Of a stretch of DNA of 36,020 nt, positions 27,785-36,020 are shown piece by piece. The position numbers were made by a program, and so were the translations under genes. The stretch is taken from assembly GCA_046051325.1 (NCBI GenBank), contig JBJOOK010000005.1, forward strand, positions 1-36,020, written 5' to 3'. The notes beneath the pieces are model-generated. The model saw only the letters and a list, made by a program, of their open reading frames with translations, was not told the DNA's origin and made no database searches. Source of the stretch: Actinomycetota bacterium (GTDB lineage: Bacteria > Actinomycetota > Actinomycetes > S36-B12 > UBA5976). The stretch's first letter is position 1. Every line of letters begins with the position of its first letter.

Positions 27785-28048
27785 TTAATTATTGCCATAT
27801 CGCTGTCGTGCTGCTTCTCCCGTTGTTCCAAGAAATGAACCAATTAAGGACCAGGAGTATCCATTTGCTCTAGCCTTGATGATCTGCTTAACAAGATTTT
27901 TCTCAACGAGGGATCTTTGCATAGCAGCTTCTTGAAGTGCTTTAAATACTTTCACGTCTTTTTCATCTTTTTTAGTTGGTTCGTATTCTTTAATTCTTTT
28001 GCTTAAATTTTCGGCGTTAGCCAGTATGTCTTCCACAGATTTAGGCAT
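27785..28048 (-). CDS. Putative antitoxin with C-terminal helix-turn-helix
   Basis: 87 aa. Charged helical N-terminal half and a C-terminal ANGYSWSLIGSFLGTTGEAARQRYG HTH-like segment. It shares 1 nt with the stop of the upstream small gene. Confidence 0.55.
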   Translation of the reverse strand: MPKSVEDILANAENLSKRIKEYEPTKKDEKDVKVFKALQEAAMQRSLVEKNLVKQIIKARANGYSWSLIGSFLGTTGEAARQRYGNN

Positions 28049-28275
28049 TAGATAAACCTCTTTCTTGCTTTCATTGCATGAATTATTATTTGTCGATTTG
28101 AATTTATAGTCAGACCGACTTCAAGGAAAATTGCTGCTTGATTTGCGCCGATTATCATGTACAAATTTTCATCAAGTTCATATATTCGAATTGGGTTTCT
28201 GTAGGCATGCCAAATATCTTCTCTGCTAATACCGTGCTTGAGGGCACTGGGAGCGATAAAAGGTTCAAATTCCAC
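28048..28275 (-). CDS. Putative small toxin (BrnT/DUF497-like pattern)
   Basis: 75 aa with a GTG start. ...LKHGISREDI...IIGANQAAIFLEVG...IIIHAMKARKRF resembles the KHGVsfeE ... IISAR-A-K layout of BrnT-type toxins (by eye). Toxin-first order with a 1-nt overlap. Confidence 0.5.
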   Translation of the reverse strand: MEFEPFIAPSALKHGISREDIWHAYRNPIRIYELDENLYMIIGANQAAIFLEVGLTINSNRQIIIHAMKARKRFI

Positions 28276-28327
28276 ATACGCAAGTTATCTTGTCATAGAC
28301 ATTCCTGAAAAGGCAATAGTAAAACTC

Positions 28328-28353
28328 TGTGGATAACTATTAGTTGTGGATAA
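28328..28353 (-). promoter_or_regulatory. Two perfect DnaA boxes (TTATCCACA on the minus strand)
   Basis: TGTGGATAA at 28328-28336 and 28345-28353 on the + strand, starts 17 bp apart. They lie 53-78 bp upstream of the toxin start codon and just after the DUF4395 stop. The proximal box overlaps the -35 region of a candidate TACTAT -10. Confidence 0.65.
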
Positions 28354-28362
28354 TGAGGCTAA

Positions 28363-28776
28363 TTAACGAATTAATCTTGCCTTTACTAAGAGTAAATACA
28401 TTTCGCAACCTAGGCAGAAATTAAATACAGCATTTAAGAATGCTGCTGCCAGAGCAAAGGCAGTAGCTATTAGAAATACCGTCGGACTACCAACTGCCAC
28501 ACCAATTAAGCCCACAACTCCAAATAGGAAACCAACTAGTTGAGCAAATTGAGGAGGTTTAACGTTTTCTAATTCACCAACACCTTTAAGTCTTGGCTTG
28601 ACTAATGTTTTGAAAATGAAACCATATGGACTTTTGTGTGGACCAGCAAATGCGCCAATTGCCCAAACTAAAGTTTGAATTGCCAAGAGAAGTGGGCTTT
28701 CAAAGTATATAACCAATAACAAAACAACCATTGTTATTGCAGCACCAAATCTAGGACCGCGGGCATCAATTTGCAT
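28363..28776 (-). CDS. DUF4395-like membrane protein with C-terminal CxxC
   Basis: 137 aa, N-terminal IDARGPRFGAAIT, four TM helices, C-terminal FNFCLGCEMY. It overlaps the upstream thioredoxin-like gene by 11 bp. Confidence 0.7.
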   Translation of the reverse strand: MQIDARGPRFGAAITMVVLLLVIYFESPLLLAIQTLVWAIGAFAGPHKSPYGFIFKTLVKPRLKGVGELENVKPPQFAQLVGFLFGVVGLIGVAVGSPTVFLIATAFALAAAFLNAVFNFCLGCEMYLLLVKARLIR

Positions 28777-29206
28777 TTGTTTTCTCCATTTTTATAGTTG
28801 TGATTTTTTCTAGGGTATTTCGTAATTGGTCTTTTTTAGGAGCACCAATAATTCTGCCTTCTTCTAAACCATCTTCGTTGAAAAACAAAACTGTAGGAGA
28901 GCTTTTAACGTGTAATTTTTTGGCTAATTCAATTCTTTCCACAGCATCAATTTCATAGAAGGAAATACCCTTATCATTTTTAATTAGTTCATTAATTTGT
29001 CTTTTGACCCCTGGACAAATTGAGCAATATTCTGTTTCGAATTGTAAAATTGTGGCTTTTTTTCCTAATTCATGGCCAGTCTTTAGTTGATCAAAAAATA
29101 TTTCATTGGAGTACTTCTTCGTTAGTTTTCCTCTAGTGAATTGAAGAAATAGGCCAAAGGCACTTGAGAGCACCAAAACAGATGCTATGAGCAGCCAATG
29201 ATTCAT
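28766..29206 (-). CDS. Membrane-anchored thioredoxin-fold protein (CSIC active site)
   Basis: 146 aa with an N-terminal TM helix and a thioredoxin-like FETEYCSICPG...SSPTVLFF. SD AAGGAGA lies 8 nt upstream. Confidence 0.8.
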   Translation of the reverse strand: MNHWLLIASVLVLSSAFGLFLQFTRGKLTKKYSNEIFFDQLKTGHELGKKATILQFETEYCSICPGVKRQINELIKNDKGISFYEIDAVERIELAKKLHVKSSPTVLFFNEDGLEEGRIIGAPKKDQLRNTLEKITTIKMEKTNAN

Positions 29207-29274
29207 GAATCTATTCTCCTTTAATACACAAGTTAGCGCATATTTAGTGGCTAAAAAAGGTCAATCAATTGTTG

Positions 29275-29291
29275 TTGCAAAGTCTTTGCAA
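29275..29291. promoter_or_regulatory. Perfect 17-bp palindrome in the divergent trx-like / cysK intergenic region (candidate operator)
   Basis: TTGCAAAG-t-CTTTGCAA. It lies 69 bp from the thioredoxin-like start and 87 bp from the cysK start. Confidence 0.4.
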
Positions 29292-29377
29292 GTAATTTAT
29301 CCGACTCGCGCTCTCAATAAACCACCTCTAAAATTGAGATATCAAGTAATTACACACATAAACAGGAGAGCCAATAA

Positions 29378-30310
29378 ATGAAGCTTTATGACAACATCAC
29401 CCAAGTTGTTGGAAACACCCCATTAGTAAGAATTAATCGAATTCTTGATGGCGCCAAAGCACAAGTTTATGCAAAATTAGAATTCTATAATCCATCATCA
29501 ACCGTAAAAGATCGTATCGGTATTGCCATGATTGATGATGCAGAAAAATCTGGCAAATTAAAACCAGGTGGCACCATTGTGGAAGCTACTTCTGGAAATA
29601 CTGGTGTGGCATTAGCCATGGTTGGTGCAGCCCGAGGTTACAAAGTTATTTTGACAATGCCAGATTCTGTAAGTAAAGAACGCAGAACTTTAATTAAGGC
29701 TTATGGCGCACAACTTGTGCTAACCCCAGGTGCTGAAGGAATGAAGGGTGCAGTTGCAAAAGCTGAAGAAATTGGCAGCAAAGATGGCGCTCTTTTGGTT
29801 AGACAGTTTGCAAACCCAGCAAATCCTGAGATTCACAGAAAAACAACTGCATTAGAAATCTGGAATGACACAGATGGAAAAGTTGCAGCGGTAGTAGCAG
29901 GAATTGGAACTGGTGGAACTATCACGGGTATTGGACAGGTTTTGAAAGAAAAGAATCCAAATATAAAAATATTCGCGGTTGAACCAGCAGCTTCACCAAT
30001 TCTTAATGGTGGAACTCCTGCAGGACATCCTTTGCAAGGAATTGGTCCAAACTTTGTGCCAGATATTTTGGATAAGAATGTTTATGACGAAGTACTTGAT
30101 GCTCCAAATGAAGAAGCAATTAAATACGCTAGAAGAGCTGGTGCAGAAGAAGGAATTCTTGCCGGAATTTCCTCGGGTGCAGCACTTTGGGCAGTTTCAC
30201 AAGTTGCTAGGAGACCAGAATTTGATGGAAAAATTATTGTGGTAATTATTCCATCCTTTGGTGAAAGATACTTATCAACAGTTCTTTACCAAGACTTAAT
30301 GGAACAATGA
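29378..30310 (+). CDS. cysK: Cysteine synthase A (O-acetylserine sulfhydrylase)
   Basis: 310 aa with [11 protein letters not shown] (PLP Lys), [10 protein letters not shown] and [10 protein letters not shown]. Confidence 0.95.
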   Translation: MKLYDNITQVVGNTPLVRINRILDGAKAQVYAKLEFYNPSSTVKDRIGIAMIDDAEKSGKLKPGGTIVEATSGNTGVALAMVGAARGYKVILTMPDSVSKERRTLIKAYGAQLVLTPGAEGMKGAVAKAEEIGSKDGALLVRQFANPANPEIHRKTTALEIWNDTDGKVAAVVAGIGTGGTITGIGQVLKEKNPNIKIFAVEPAASPILNGGTPAGHPLQGIGPNFVPDILDKNVYDEVLDAPNEEAIKYARRAGAEEGILAGISSGAALWAVSQVARRPEFDGKIIVVIIPSFGERYLSTVLYQDLMEQ

Positions 30311-30849
30311 TCAGATTTCGCGAAGATATAAATGCAGCACTAGAAAGAGATCCAGCACCTAAATCTAAATTAGAATTAGTACTGGCTTCTCCTGGTTTAC
30401 ATGCCATTTGGCTACATCGCATAACTCATTGGGTGTGGAATAGAAAGCTCTATTTGTTAGCAAGATTGATGTCCACCTACCACCGTTTCCTAACTGGAGT
30501 AGAAATACATCCAGGAGCCAAAATTGGTAGAAGATTCTTTATTGATCATGGCATGGGTGTAGTAATTGGCGAAACAGCCATAATTGGTGATGACGTTATG
30601 TTTTATCACGGAGTAACACTGGGTGGAAGATCTTTAAATAAAGGCAAAAGACATCCAACTATTGAAGATGGTGTCTTTGTAGGTGCTGGTGCCAAAATTT
30701 TAGGAAACATCACAATTGGGAAAAACGCAATTATTGGAGCCAACGCTGTGGTGACAAAGAGTGTGTTGTCTGACACAGTCGTGGTTGGTTCGGATCAAAG
30801 ATTGATAACTAAAGCTGAATATGACTCTTCTGAAAGCTGGATGATCTAA
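30307..30849 (+). CDS. cysE: Serine O-acetyltransferase
   Basis: 180 aa with left-handed beta-helix hexapeptide repeats ([16 protein letters not shown]...). ATGA overlap with cysK. Confidence 0.9.
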   Translation: MIRFREDINAALERDPAPKSKLELVLASPGLHAIWLHRITHWVWNRKLYLLARLMSTYHRFLTGVEIHPGAKIGRRFFIDHGMGVVIGETAIIGDDVMFYHGVTLGGRSLNKGKRHPTIEDGVFVGAGAKILGNITIGKNAIIGANAVVTKSVLSDTVVVGSDQRLITKAEYDSSESWMI

Positions 30850-30865
30850 CGAACAGGAGTAGTAT

Positions 30866-31312
30866 TTGGTCATGAGCACAATGACTTTAAATATTTCCTG
30901 GAGTGTAAAAAGTACGTGGTCTCAAGCTTCTAAAAACACCATGTGGTGCTTAATCGGGTGTTCCATCGGAGATTTTGGAACAATTGCATTTTTTCAATAT
31001 ACAAAAATAGCTTTTCCAATGCTTGGTATTATGTTACTTGCAATAATAAATGGGCTAATAACTTCCATCATCTTAGAAACATTTATATTGTCTCGCCAAA
31101 TGGCTTTGAATCTTGCTTTTAAAACTGCGATTGGAATGAGTCTTATATCTATGATTTCAATGGAAGTGGCGATGAATGCAACAGATCTTTTGTTGACCGG
31201 GGGAGCAATGCTCACTTGGTGGGCAATTCCGATCATGCTTGTTGTGGGATTTTTAACTCCTTTGCCTTATAACTATTGGAGATTGCAAGCTTTAAATAAG
31301 TCCTGTCATTAA
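30866..31312 (+). CDS. DUF4396-like small membrane protein
   Basis: 148 aa, 4 TM helices, with MWCLIGCSIGDFGT near the N-terminus. TTG start 6 nt after AGGAG. It follows cysE by 16 bp. Confidence 0.65.
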   Translation: MVMSTMTLNISWSVKSTWSQASKNTMWCLIGCSIGDFGTIAFFQYTKIAFPMLGIMLLAIINGLITSIILETFILSRQMALNLAFKTAIGMSLISMISMEVAMNATDLLLTGGAMLTWWAIPIMLVVGFLTPLPYNYWRLQALNKSCH

Positions 31313-32863
31313 CACTGCTTGAGCAGCATTTCTTCCAGGAATTCCACTAACTCCGCCACCTCGTTTAGCACCTGCACCACTTATAAAGATGTTGGCAATG
31401 TCTGTCTCAACGCCCCATTTACCTTTCTCTTTCTCATTCTCAGCAAAAGGCCATTGTAATTCTCTTTGAAAAATGTTTCCTCGAGGTAAAAATACTGATT
31501 CATCGATATCTTGAGGAGTTTTAATCTCAATGCAAGGGTTGCCATCAGCATCAATTGCTAAACAGTCTTCTATTTTTTCACTGAAGAAAGAGTTCAAACC
31601 TTGCAGATAAAGTCTTTTTACTTCTTCTCTTTTCTTGTCATGATCCATGTCAAATAGGGAAGCAGGAGTATTTAATCCAAATAGTGTGATTGTTTGATAT
31701 CCCTTTTCCCTCAATTCTGGAGAAAGTATTGAATTATCAGTCAAAGTGTGACAATAAATTTCAGAGGGCAAAACCTTTGGAACTTTTCCTGATCTTGCTT
31801 CATTAAAAGATGCATCTAATTCAGATAATTTTTCATTAACGTGCAGAGTTCCTCTAAAGGCAAGGCTTGAATCTTCCCCTGATTTAAGTTTAGGCAAACG
31901 CGTTAGCAACATGTTGATCTTTACTTGACAGCCTTCTGTGTTTGATTCAACAGATCTACCTAAAGCCTTGTTAAGTACATCTGGTGCCATGTTGCTTAGT
32001 ACAAATTTGGTGCTGATTTCTTTCAGATTTCCATCTTTATCAACATAGCTAACTTGAGCCGATTTACCATCTGAACCCACTTTGGTTACTTTGCTGTTGG
32101 TTCTAATTACCGCACCATGTTGCAAGGCTTTTTCTTTAAGGGCTTTGCTTACTTGACCCATCCCACCTTGGGGGACTTTCCACTCACCGTTGCCGTTCCC
32201 TATCAAGTGATAAAGAAAACATCTATTACCTAGTAATTCTATATCTCTGCCATCTGTAAATGTTCCAATTAGTGCATCAGTTAGAACTACTCCTCGAACC
32301 ACATCATTTTTAAAGAGTTTTTCAATAGTTTCAGTAATTGGTACCTTGAATAACCAGTTATAAGTTTCTTCATCAGTTGCAGCAATTACCTTGTTCTTTA
32401 ATTCAGTTTGGCTAATTAAAGGTTCAAGTAGTGTTGGGGCAATTACTCGAGCAGCTCTTTCAATCCGGGTGTAAAAATCACTCCAGGTGTTGAATTCATC
32501 AATTGAACCGGTGACATTTTCAAATGATTGTTTTGTTTTTTCATCCCAATTTCTTTCAACTAAAAGTCCTGTTTCTTTACCGTTTTCGCTAACTGGGGTG
32601 TATGAACCAATTGTTCTGGAGATCAAATTAAGTTTTAAATCAAGTTCATCAATAATTTGCTGGGGCAGAAGAGAAACTAAGTATGAATAACGAGAAAGAT
32701 TGGCATCTAAACCTTTAAACGGCTTAACCGATACTGCAGCACCACCAGTTTCATCAAGGGCTTCTAAGACTAAAACTGATTTATTGGCTTTAGCAAGATA
32801 AGCAGCACTAGTTAGACCGTTATGGCCTCCACCAAGAATTACACAATCAAAAGTTTCAATCAT
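31292..32863 (-). CDS. NAD(P)/FAD-dependent oxidoreductase, phytoene-desaturase (CrtI)-like family
   Basis: 523 aa with the N-terminal dinucleotide fold DCVILGGGHNGLTSAAYLAKANKSVLVLEALDETGGAA and a C-terminal FISGAGAKRGGGVSGIPG. Its 3' end overlaps the convergent DUF4396 gene by 21 bp. Confidence 0.8.
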   Translation of the reverse strand: MIETFDCVILGGGHNGLTSAAYLAKANKSVLVLEALDETGGAAVSVKPFKGLDANLSRYSYLVSLLPQQIIDELDLKLNLISRTIGSYTPVSENGKETGLLVERNWDEKTKQSFENVTGSIDEFNTWSDFYTRIERAARVIAPTLLEPLISQTELKNKVIAATDEETYNWLFKVPITETIEKLFKNDVVRGVVLTDALIGTFTDGRDIELLGNRCFLYHLIGNGNGEWKVPQGGMGQVSKALKEKALQHGAVIRTNSKVTKVGSDGKSAQVSYVDKDGNLKEISTKFVLSNMAPDVLNKALGRSVESNTEGCQVKINMLLTRLPKLKSGEDSSLAFRGTLHVNEKLSELDASFNEARSGKVPKVLPSEIYCHTLTDNSILSPELREKGYQTITLFGLNTPASLFDMDHDKKREEVKRLYLQGLNSFFSEKIEDCLAIDADGNPCIEIKTPQDIDESVFLPRGNIFQRELQWPFAENEKEKGKWGVETDIANIFISGAGAKRGGGVSGIPGRNAAQAVLMTGLI

Positions 32864-32892
32864 AAAGTCAAACTACTAGATGTAGGCCCCAA

Positions 32893-33864
32893 TTAAAGCA
32901 GGCTTGGAATTTTTTGTTCTTCTGCCAGATTTGCTTTTCGAAACCAGATTGTCACAGCTGTTGAGATAAGCACGATAAACAAAGAGTAAAGAGCTGGCAC
33001 TATTAGGACCAATCCAATTCTTGGATCTCCGCTGAAGTTCAAAAGCACAATGGCAATACCTAGTGGACCGTTTTGAATACCAGTTTCCAATGCAATAGTG
33101 CGGGCATTCATAGGATGCATTTTGAATCCACGAGTTAGCAAGTAAGCAATGATGATTCCAAATAATCCAAGACCAATTGCTACAACGTATGTTTGCCAAG
33201 GAGTTGAAGAAAGCAATCCCCAGTTTCTTGGTACCCAGGTTGAAAGTAAGAACAAAATAAAGAAAGCTCCAACTAGACCACCCATTAACTCTAGAACTGC
33301 ACCGATGTTGGCGCTGTATTTTCTAATTAACATTCCCAATACAACTGGAATCAACAAAATTATTAAAGTGACAATAATATTTCGGGGAGGAATTTGTTGG
33401 GCAATTCCACCATCGGGCAAAAGTAACCCAAGATAAATGTAGAGCGATAATGGTGTCATTAATATTGCCCACAAAGTTGAATTTGTGGTCATGATCACAC
33501 TAAGAGCTAAGTTACCTTTGGAAAAATAGGTAAAAATATTTGAAGTGGTTCCCGCTGGAACACTTCCCATAATCATGGCCCCAATTGCTACAGGGATTGC
33601 ATACTCTTTTGGTAATTGAAATAGAAAAGTAATGATCAATAAGAAGGCCAAAAGTGGCATGATTCCAAATTGTGTTAACCAACCAATAATCAAACCCCAA
33701 GGTCGACGAAGTGCTTGACGAAAATCTCTTGGTGTTAAACCTGCACCTAAACCAAACATGATCACAAACACCATGATGACTAGCAGTATTTCTTCAAATG
33801 GTGTTACAACATCTTGTTCTGAAACTTCAGCTTGTGCAGCAACTAATCGGGAGGCAATTCTCAT
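32893..33864 (-). CDS. Bile acid:sodium symporter (BASS/SBF) family transporter
   Basis: 323 aa, about 9-10 TM helices, with GSVPAGTTSN and ALETGIQNG signature-like segments. Its ATG shares 1 nt with the stop of the upstream ligase gene (TAATG). Confidence 0.8.
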   Translation of the reverse strand: MRIASRLVAAQAEVSEQDVVTPFEEILLVIMVFVIMFGLGAGLTPRDFRQALRRPWGLIIGWLTQFGIMPLLAFLLIITFLFQLPKEYAIPVAIGAMIMGSVPAGTTSNIFTYFSKGNLALSVIMTTNSTLWAILMTPLSLYIYLGLLLPDGGIAQQIPPRNIIVTLIILLIPVVLGMLIRKYSANIGAVLELMGGLVGAFFILFLLSTWVPRNWGLLSSTPWQTYVVAIGLGLFGIIIAYLLTRGFKMHPMNARTIALETGIQNGPLGIAIVLLNFSGDPRIGLVLIVPALYSLFIVLISTAVTIWFRKANLAEEQKIPSLL

Positions 33865-35594
33865 TATGCGCCTTTCTGGTTTTGGTTATTTAATCCATTA
33901 AGTTCAACTCTGCGAAGTTCTCGTCGAAGAATTTTTCCAATAGGACTCTTTGGTAATTCATTAACAATGACAACTGATTTAGGTAATTTGTATCTTGCTA
34001 ATGTTTTTTCGCAATGTGCAATAACTTGGGCTTGGGTAAGTGTTCCTGTTGTGGACACAATGTAGGCACAAACTCTTTCCCCAGTGTTTTCATCTGGTAA
34101 GCCAATTACTCCAACTTCTTTAACATCTGGCATTTTGGCAATTTGTTCTTCAATTTCATTTGGATAAACGTTAAATCCACTCACCAAGATCACATCTTTT
34201 TTACGATCTACAATTTGGAAATAACCATCTTCATCCATTTGTGCAATATCTCCGGTATATAACCAACCATCTTTAATGGTTGCTGCTGATTCTTTTGTGT
34301 TATTCCAATAACCAAGCATGATTTGGGGACCTTTAGCAATTAGTTCGCCAGATTCTCCAATTGCGACTTCTTTTCCATTGTCATCAACAATTTGAATATC
34401 AGTTGATGGCATTGGAATACCGATAGAACCCGGTTTGGCAGTTCCACCAAGGGGATTAAAAGTTAGAACTGGGGAAGATTCAGTTAAACCAAAACCTTCA
34501 ACCAAAGGAGACTTAGTTACTTTCTCCCACTCAACTGCAACTGATTGGTGCAATGCCATACCGCCTGCAACTGAGGCACTAAGACTTGTTGGAGGAGCTT
34601 CTTGGAACCAACGCTCTTTAAGAAGTGCGTTATACAAAGTGTTAACTCCTGAAACCCAAGTAATTTGGTAATTTTCAAAAGCACGTTTTAGATTGCTTGG
34701 TGGTCTTGGGTTAGGAATAACAATATTTTTTCCTCCCACATGATAAAAACCTAAAAGATTAACTGTGAAAGCAAAAATGTGATACAAAGGAAGCGCAGTA
34801 ATGATTGTTTCTTTACCAAGTCGAATAAATCTTTCAACCATTTGCATCATTTGCAATGTATTTGTGACTAAGTTTTTATGTGAAAGCATTGCACCTTTGG
34901 ATACTCCAGTAGTTCCACCGGTGTATTGCAAAGCTGCAACTGAATCAGCCTTTATGTCTTTGGCGTATTCCAAGACTTGGCTTCTTTTGGCATGAGAATT
35001 ACCTTGGCTTAAAGCTTGTTTGAATTTGGTGTGTTTGGTGGTTATCTTTGGTAAAGATCTATTCCAAACTTTTTGCACCATTCTGATGACTCCACCAACA
35101 ACAGTGGGGAAGAATTCTGAGATCTTTACCGTAATTACTGTTTCAATACCTGTTTTTTGTAATACCTCTGGCAAACGATCAGCAAACATGTCGATTATGA
35201 CTAATACTTTTGCTTGGGCATCTGAAAATTGGTGAACCATTTCAGAGGCTGTGTAAAGAGGGTTGGTGTTCACAAGAACGCATCCAGCCTTGATGATTCC
35301 AAAAGCCACAATTGAATAGCTCAAACAATTAGGCATTTGCATTGCTACGCGATCCCCAGCACTTAGGCCTATTACTTCACGTAAATAAACAGCAAAGTCA
35401 TCTGAAAGTTCATCAACTTGTTTGTAGGTTAGGGAACCATTCATGCCATTTGGCATGCATTGGGTAAAAGCAGTGGAATTTGAGTAAGCAGTGCTTGCTC
35501 TGCGGATTAAATCTGGCAGATGTGAAATATCAGTTGCTGCTAATTGTGCGTTTACCCCTGTTGGGTATTTGGTCAACCAAGGTTGCTTTGCCAT
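33864..35594 (-). CDS. Long-chain-fatty-acid--CoA ligase / AMP-dependent acyl-CoA synthetase
   Basis: 576 aa with the AMP-binding motif LQYTGGTTGVSKGAMLSHKNL, plus YTGDIA and GKILRREL. Confidence 0.9.
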   Translation of the reverse strand: MAKQPWLTKYPTGVNAQLAATDISHLPDLIRRASTAYSNSTAFTQCMPNGMNGSLTYKQVDELSDDFAVYLREVIGLSAGDRVAMQMPNCLSYSIVAFGIIKAGCVLVNTNPLYTASEMVHQFSDAQAKVLVIIDMFADRLPEVLQKTGIETVITVKISEFFPTVVGGVIRMVQKVWNRSLPKITTKHTKFKQALSQGNSHAKRSQVLEYAKDIKADSVAALQYTGGTTGVSKGAMLSHKNLVTNTLQMMQMVERFIRLGKETIITALPLYHIFAFTVNLLGFYHVGGKNIVIPNPRPPSNLKRAFENYQITWVSGVNTLYNALLKERWFQEAPPTSLSASVAGGMALHQSVAVEWEKVTKSPLVEGFGLTESSPVLTFNPLGGTAKPGSIGIPMPSTDIQIVDDNGKEVAIGESGELIAKGPQIMLGYWNNTKESAATIKDGWLYTGDIAQMDEDGYFQIVDRKKDVILVSGFNVYPNEIEEQIAKMPDVKEVGVIGLPDENTGERVCAYIVSTTGTLTQAQVIAHCEKTLARYKLPKSVVIVNELPKSPIGKILRRELRRVELNGLNNQNQKGA

Positions 35595-35774
35595 TTTCTC
35601 ACTCTTTCACCAAAATAAGGTTTTAGTAATCCTAGCCAGATTCCAAGAGTCAAACTAGTTCAAACCCAAAACAAAGTGATTCACCCATGGGACAGCGCCC
35701 AAAATGGGTGACAAATCCTGTTAATATTGAAAAACCAGGAGCATAACTCCATTTAACTCGACAAAGGAGAAGAG

Positions 35775-36020
35775 ATGTCTGATGCAGCACGCTGGATGAT
35801 CGCACTTGCGTTTATATCCCTACCAACTATCGCTTTTGGTGGTTACTTTTTATTATCAATTCTTAAGCGCCAAGTCGGCACAGAGAACATCACTGTTGAA
35901 CAGCGAGATTACTTCCGAGCAGGACATGCACATGCTGGAGTTTTAGTGCTTCTAGCAATTATTGCTCAACTGATTCTTGATAGCTCAAGATTTAATGATT
36001 CGATGACTTGGGCATTACGT
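35775..36020 (+). CDS. Membrane protein of unknown function, N-terminal 82 codons; continues beyond the window
   Basis: Absent from the ORF track because there is no stop in the window. AAAGGAGAAG SD, then ATG 35775. Translation: MSDAARWMIALAFISLPTIAFGGYFLLSILKRQVGTENITVEQRDYFRAGHAHAGVLVLLAIIAQLIL..., with two clear TM helices. Confidence 0.6.
   Translation, partial: MSDAARWMIALAFISLPTIAFGGYFLLSILKRQVGTENITVEQRDYFRAGHAHAGVLVLLAIIAQLILDSSRFNDSMTWALR

Noticed and set aside
28277-28298. Tiny ORF (MSMTR) just upstream of the toxin gene
   Set aside because: It has only five codons and no convincing SD, so it is likely chance.
1-36020. Scan for tRNA/rRNA genes, CRISPR repeats, IS elements, integrases and long direct or inverted repeats
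   Set aside because: I found none by eye. Every gap over 100 bp is accounted for by the riboswitch, divergent promoters or the elements listed above. A by-eye scan cannot exclude short or degenerate repeats.

Overview
The window looks like core chromosome from a compact, AT-rich actinobacterium. The evidence is synteny: ctaC-ctaD-ctaF, a PfkB/adenosine-kinase-like gene, HesB/ErpA, DUF3043 and nrdR-nrdJ. A streamlined freshwater lineage such as acI/Nanopelagicales is my guess and is not verified. All protein calls come from motifs recognised by eye; no database search was run. There are about 40 tightly packed genes, many with 1-21 bp overlaps. I saw no rRNA, tRNA, CRISPR array, transposase or integrase. 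Main points follow. (1) A minus-strand cobalamin riboswitch (aptamer about 2312-2422, with its own intrinsic terminator) precedes an exported, C-terminally anchored 224-aa protein, an extended EcfT-like permease and an ABC ATPase. This is a probable corrinoid/cobalt uptake system with no recognisable S component, and it shares the window with a B12-dependent class II ribonucleotide reductase. (2) The nrdR-nrdJ leader has a promoter-proximal NrdR-type box followed by three perfect, co-oriented DnaA boxes (TTATCCACA). Two more perfect boxes lie on the promoter of a toxin-first TA pair at 28.3 kb. (3) Two metabolic genes, an ACT-domain malic enzyme and a group II PLP decarboxylase, are inactivated by internal deletions plus frameshifts. 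(4) Three operons are uncharacterised: an orphan lipoprotein with a UMF1-type MFS transporter; a membrane thioredoxin with DUF4395, divergent from cysK-cysE-DUF4396; and an acyl-CoA ligase with a BASS symporter and a CrtI-like flavoprotein. (5) nhaA is packed directly onto the end of the aa3 cytochrome oxidase operon.
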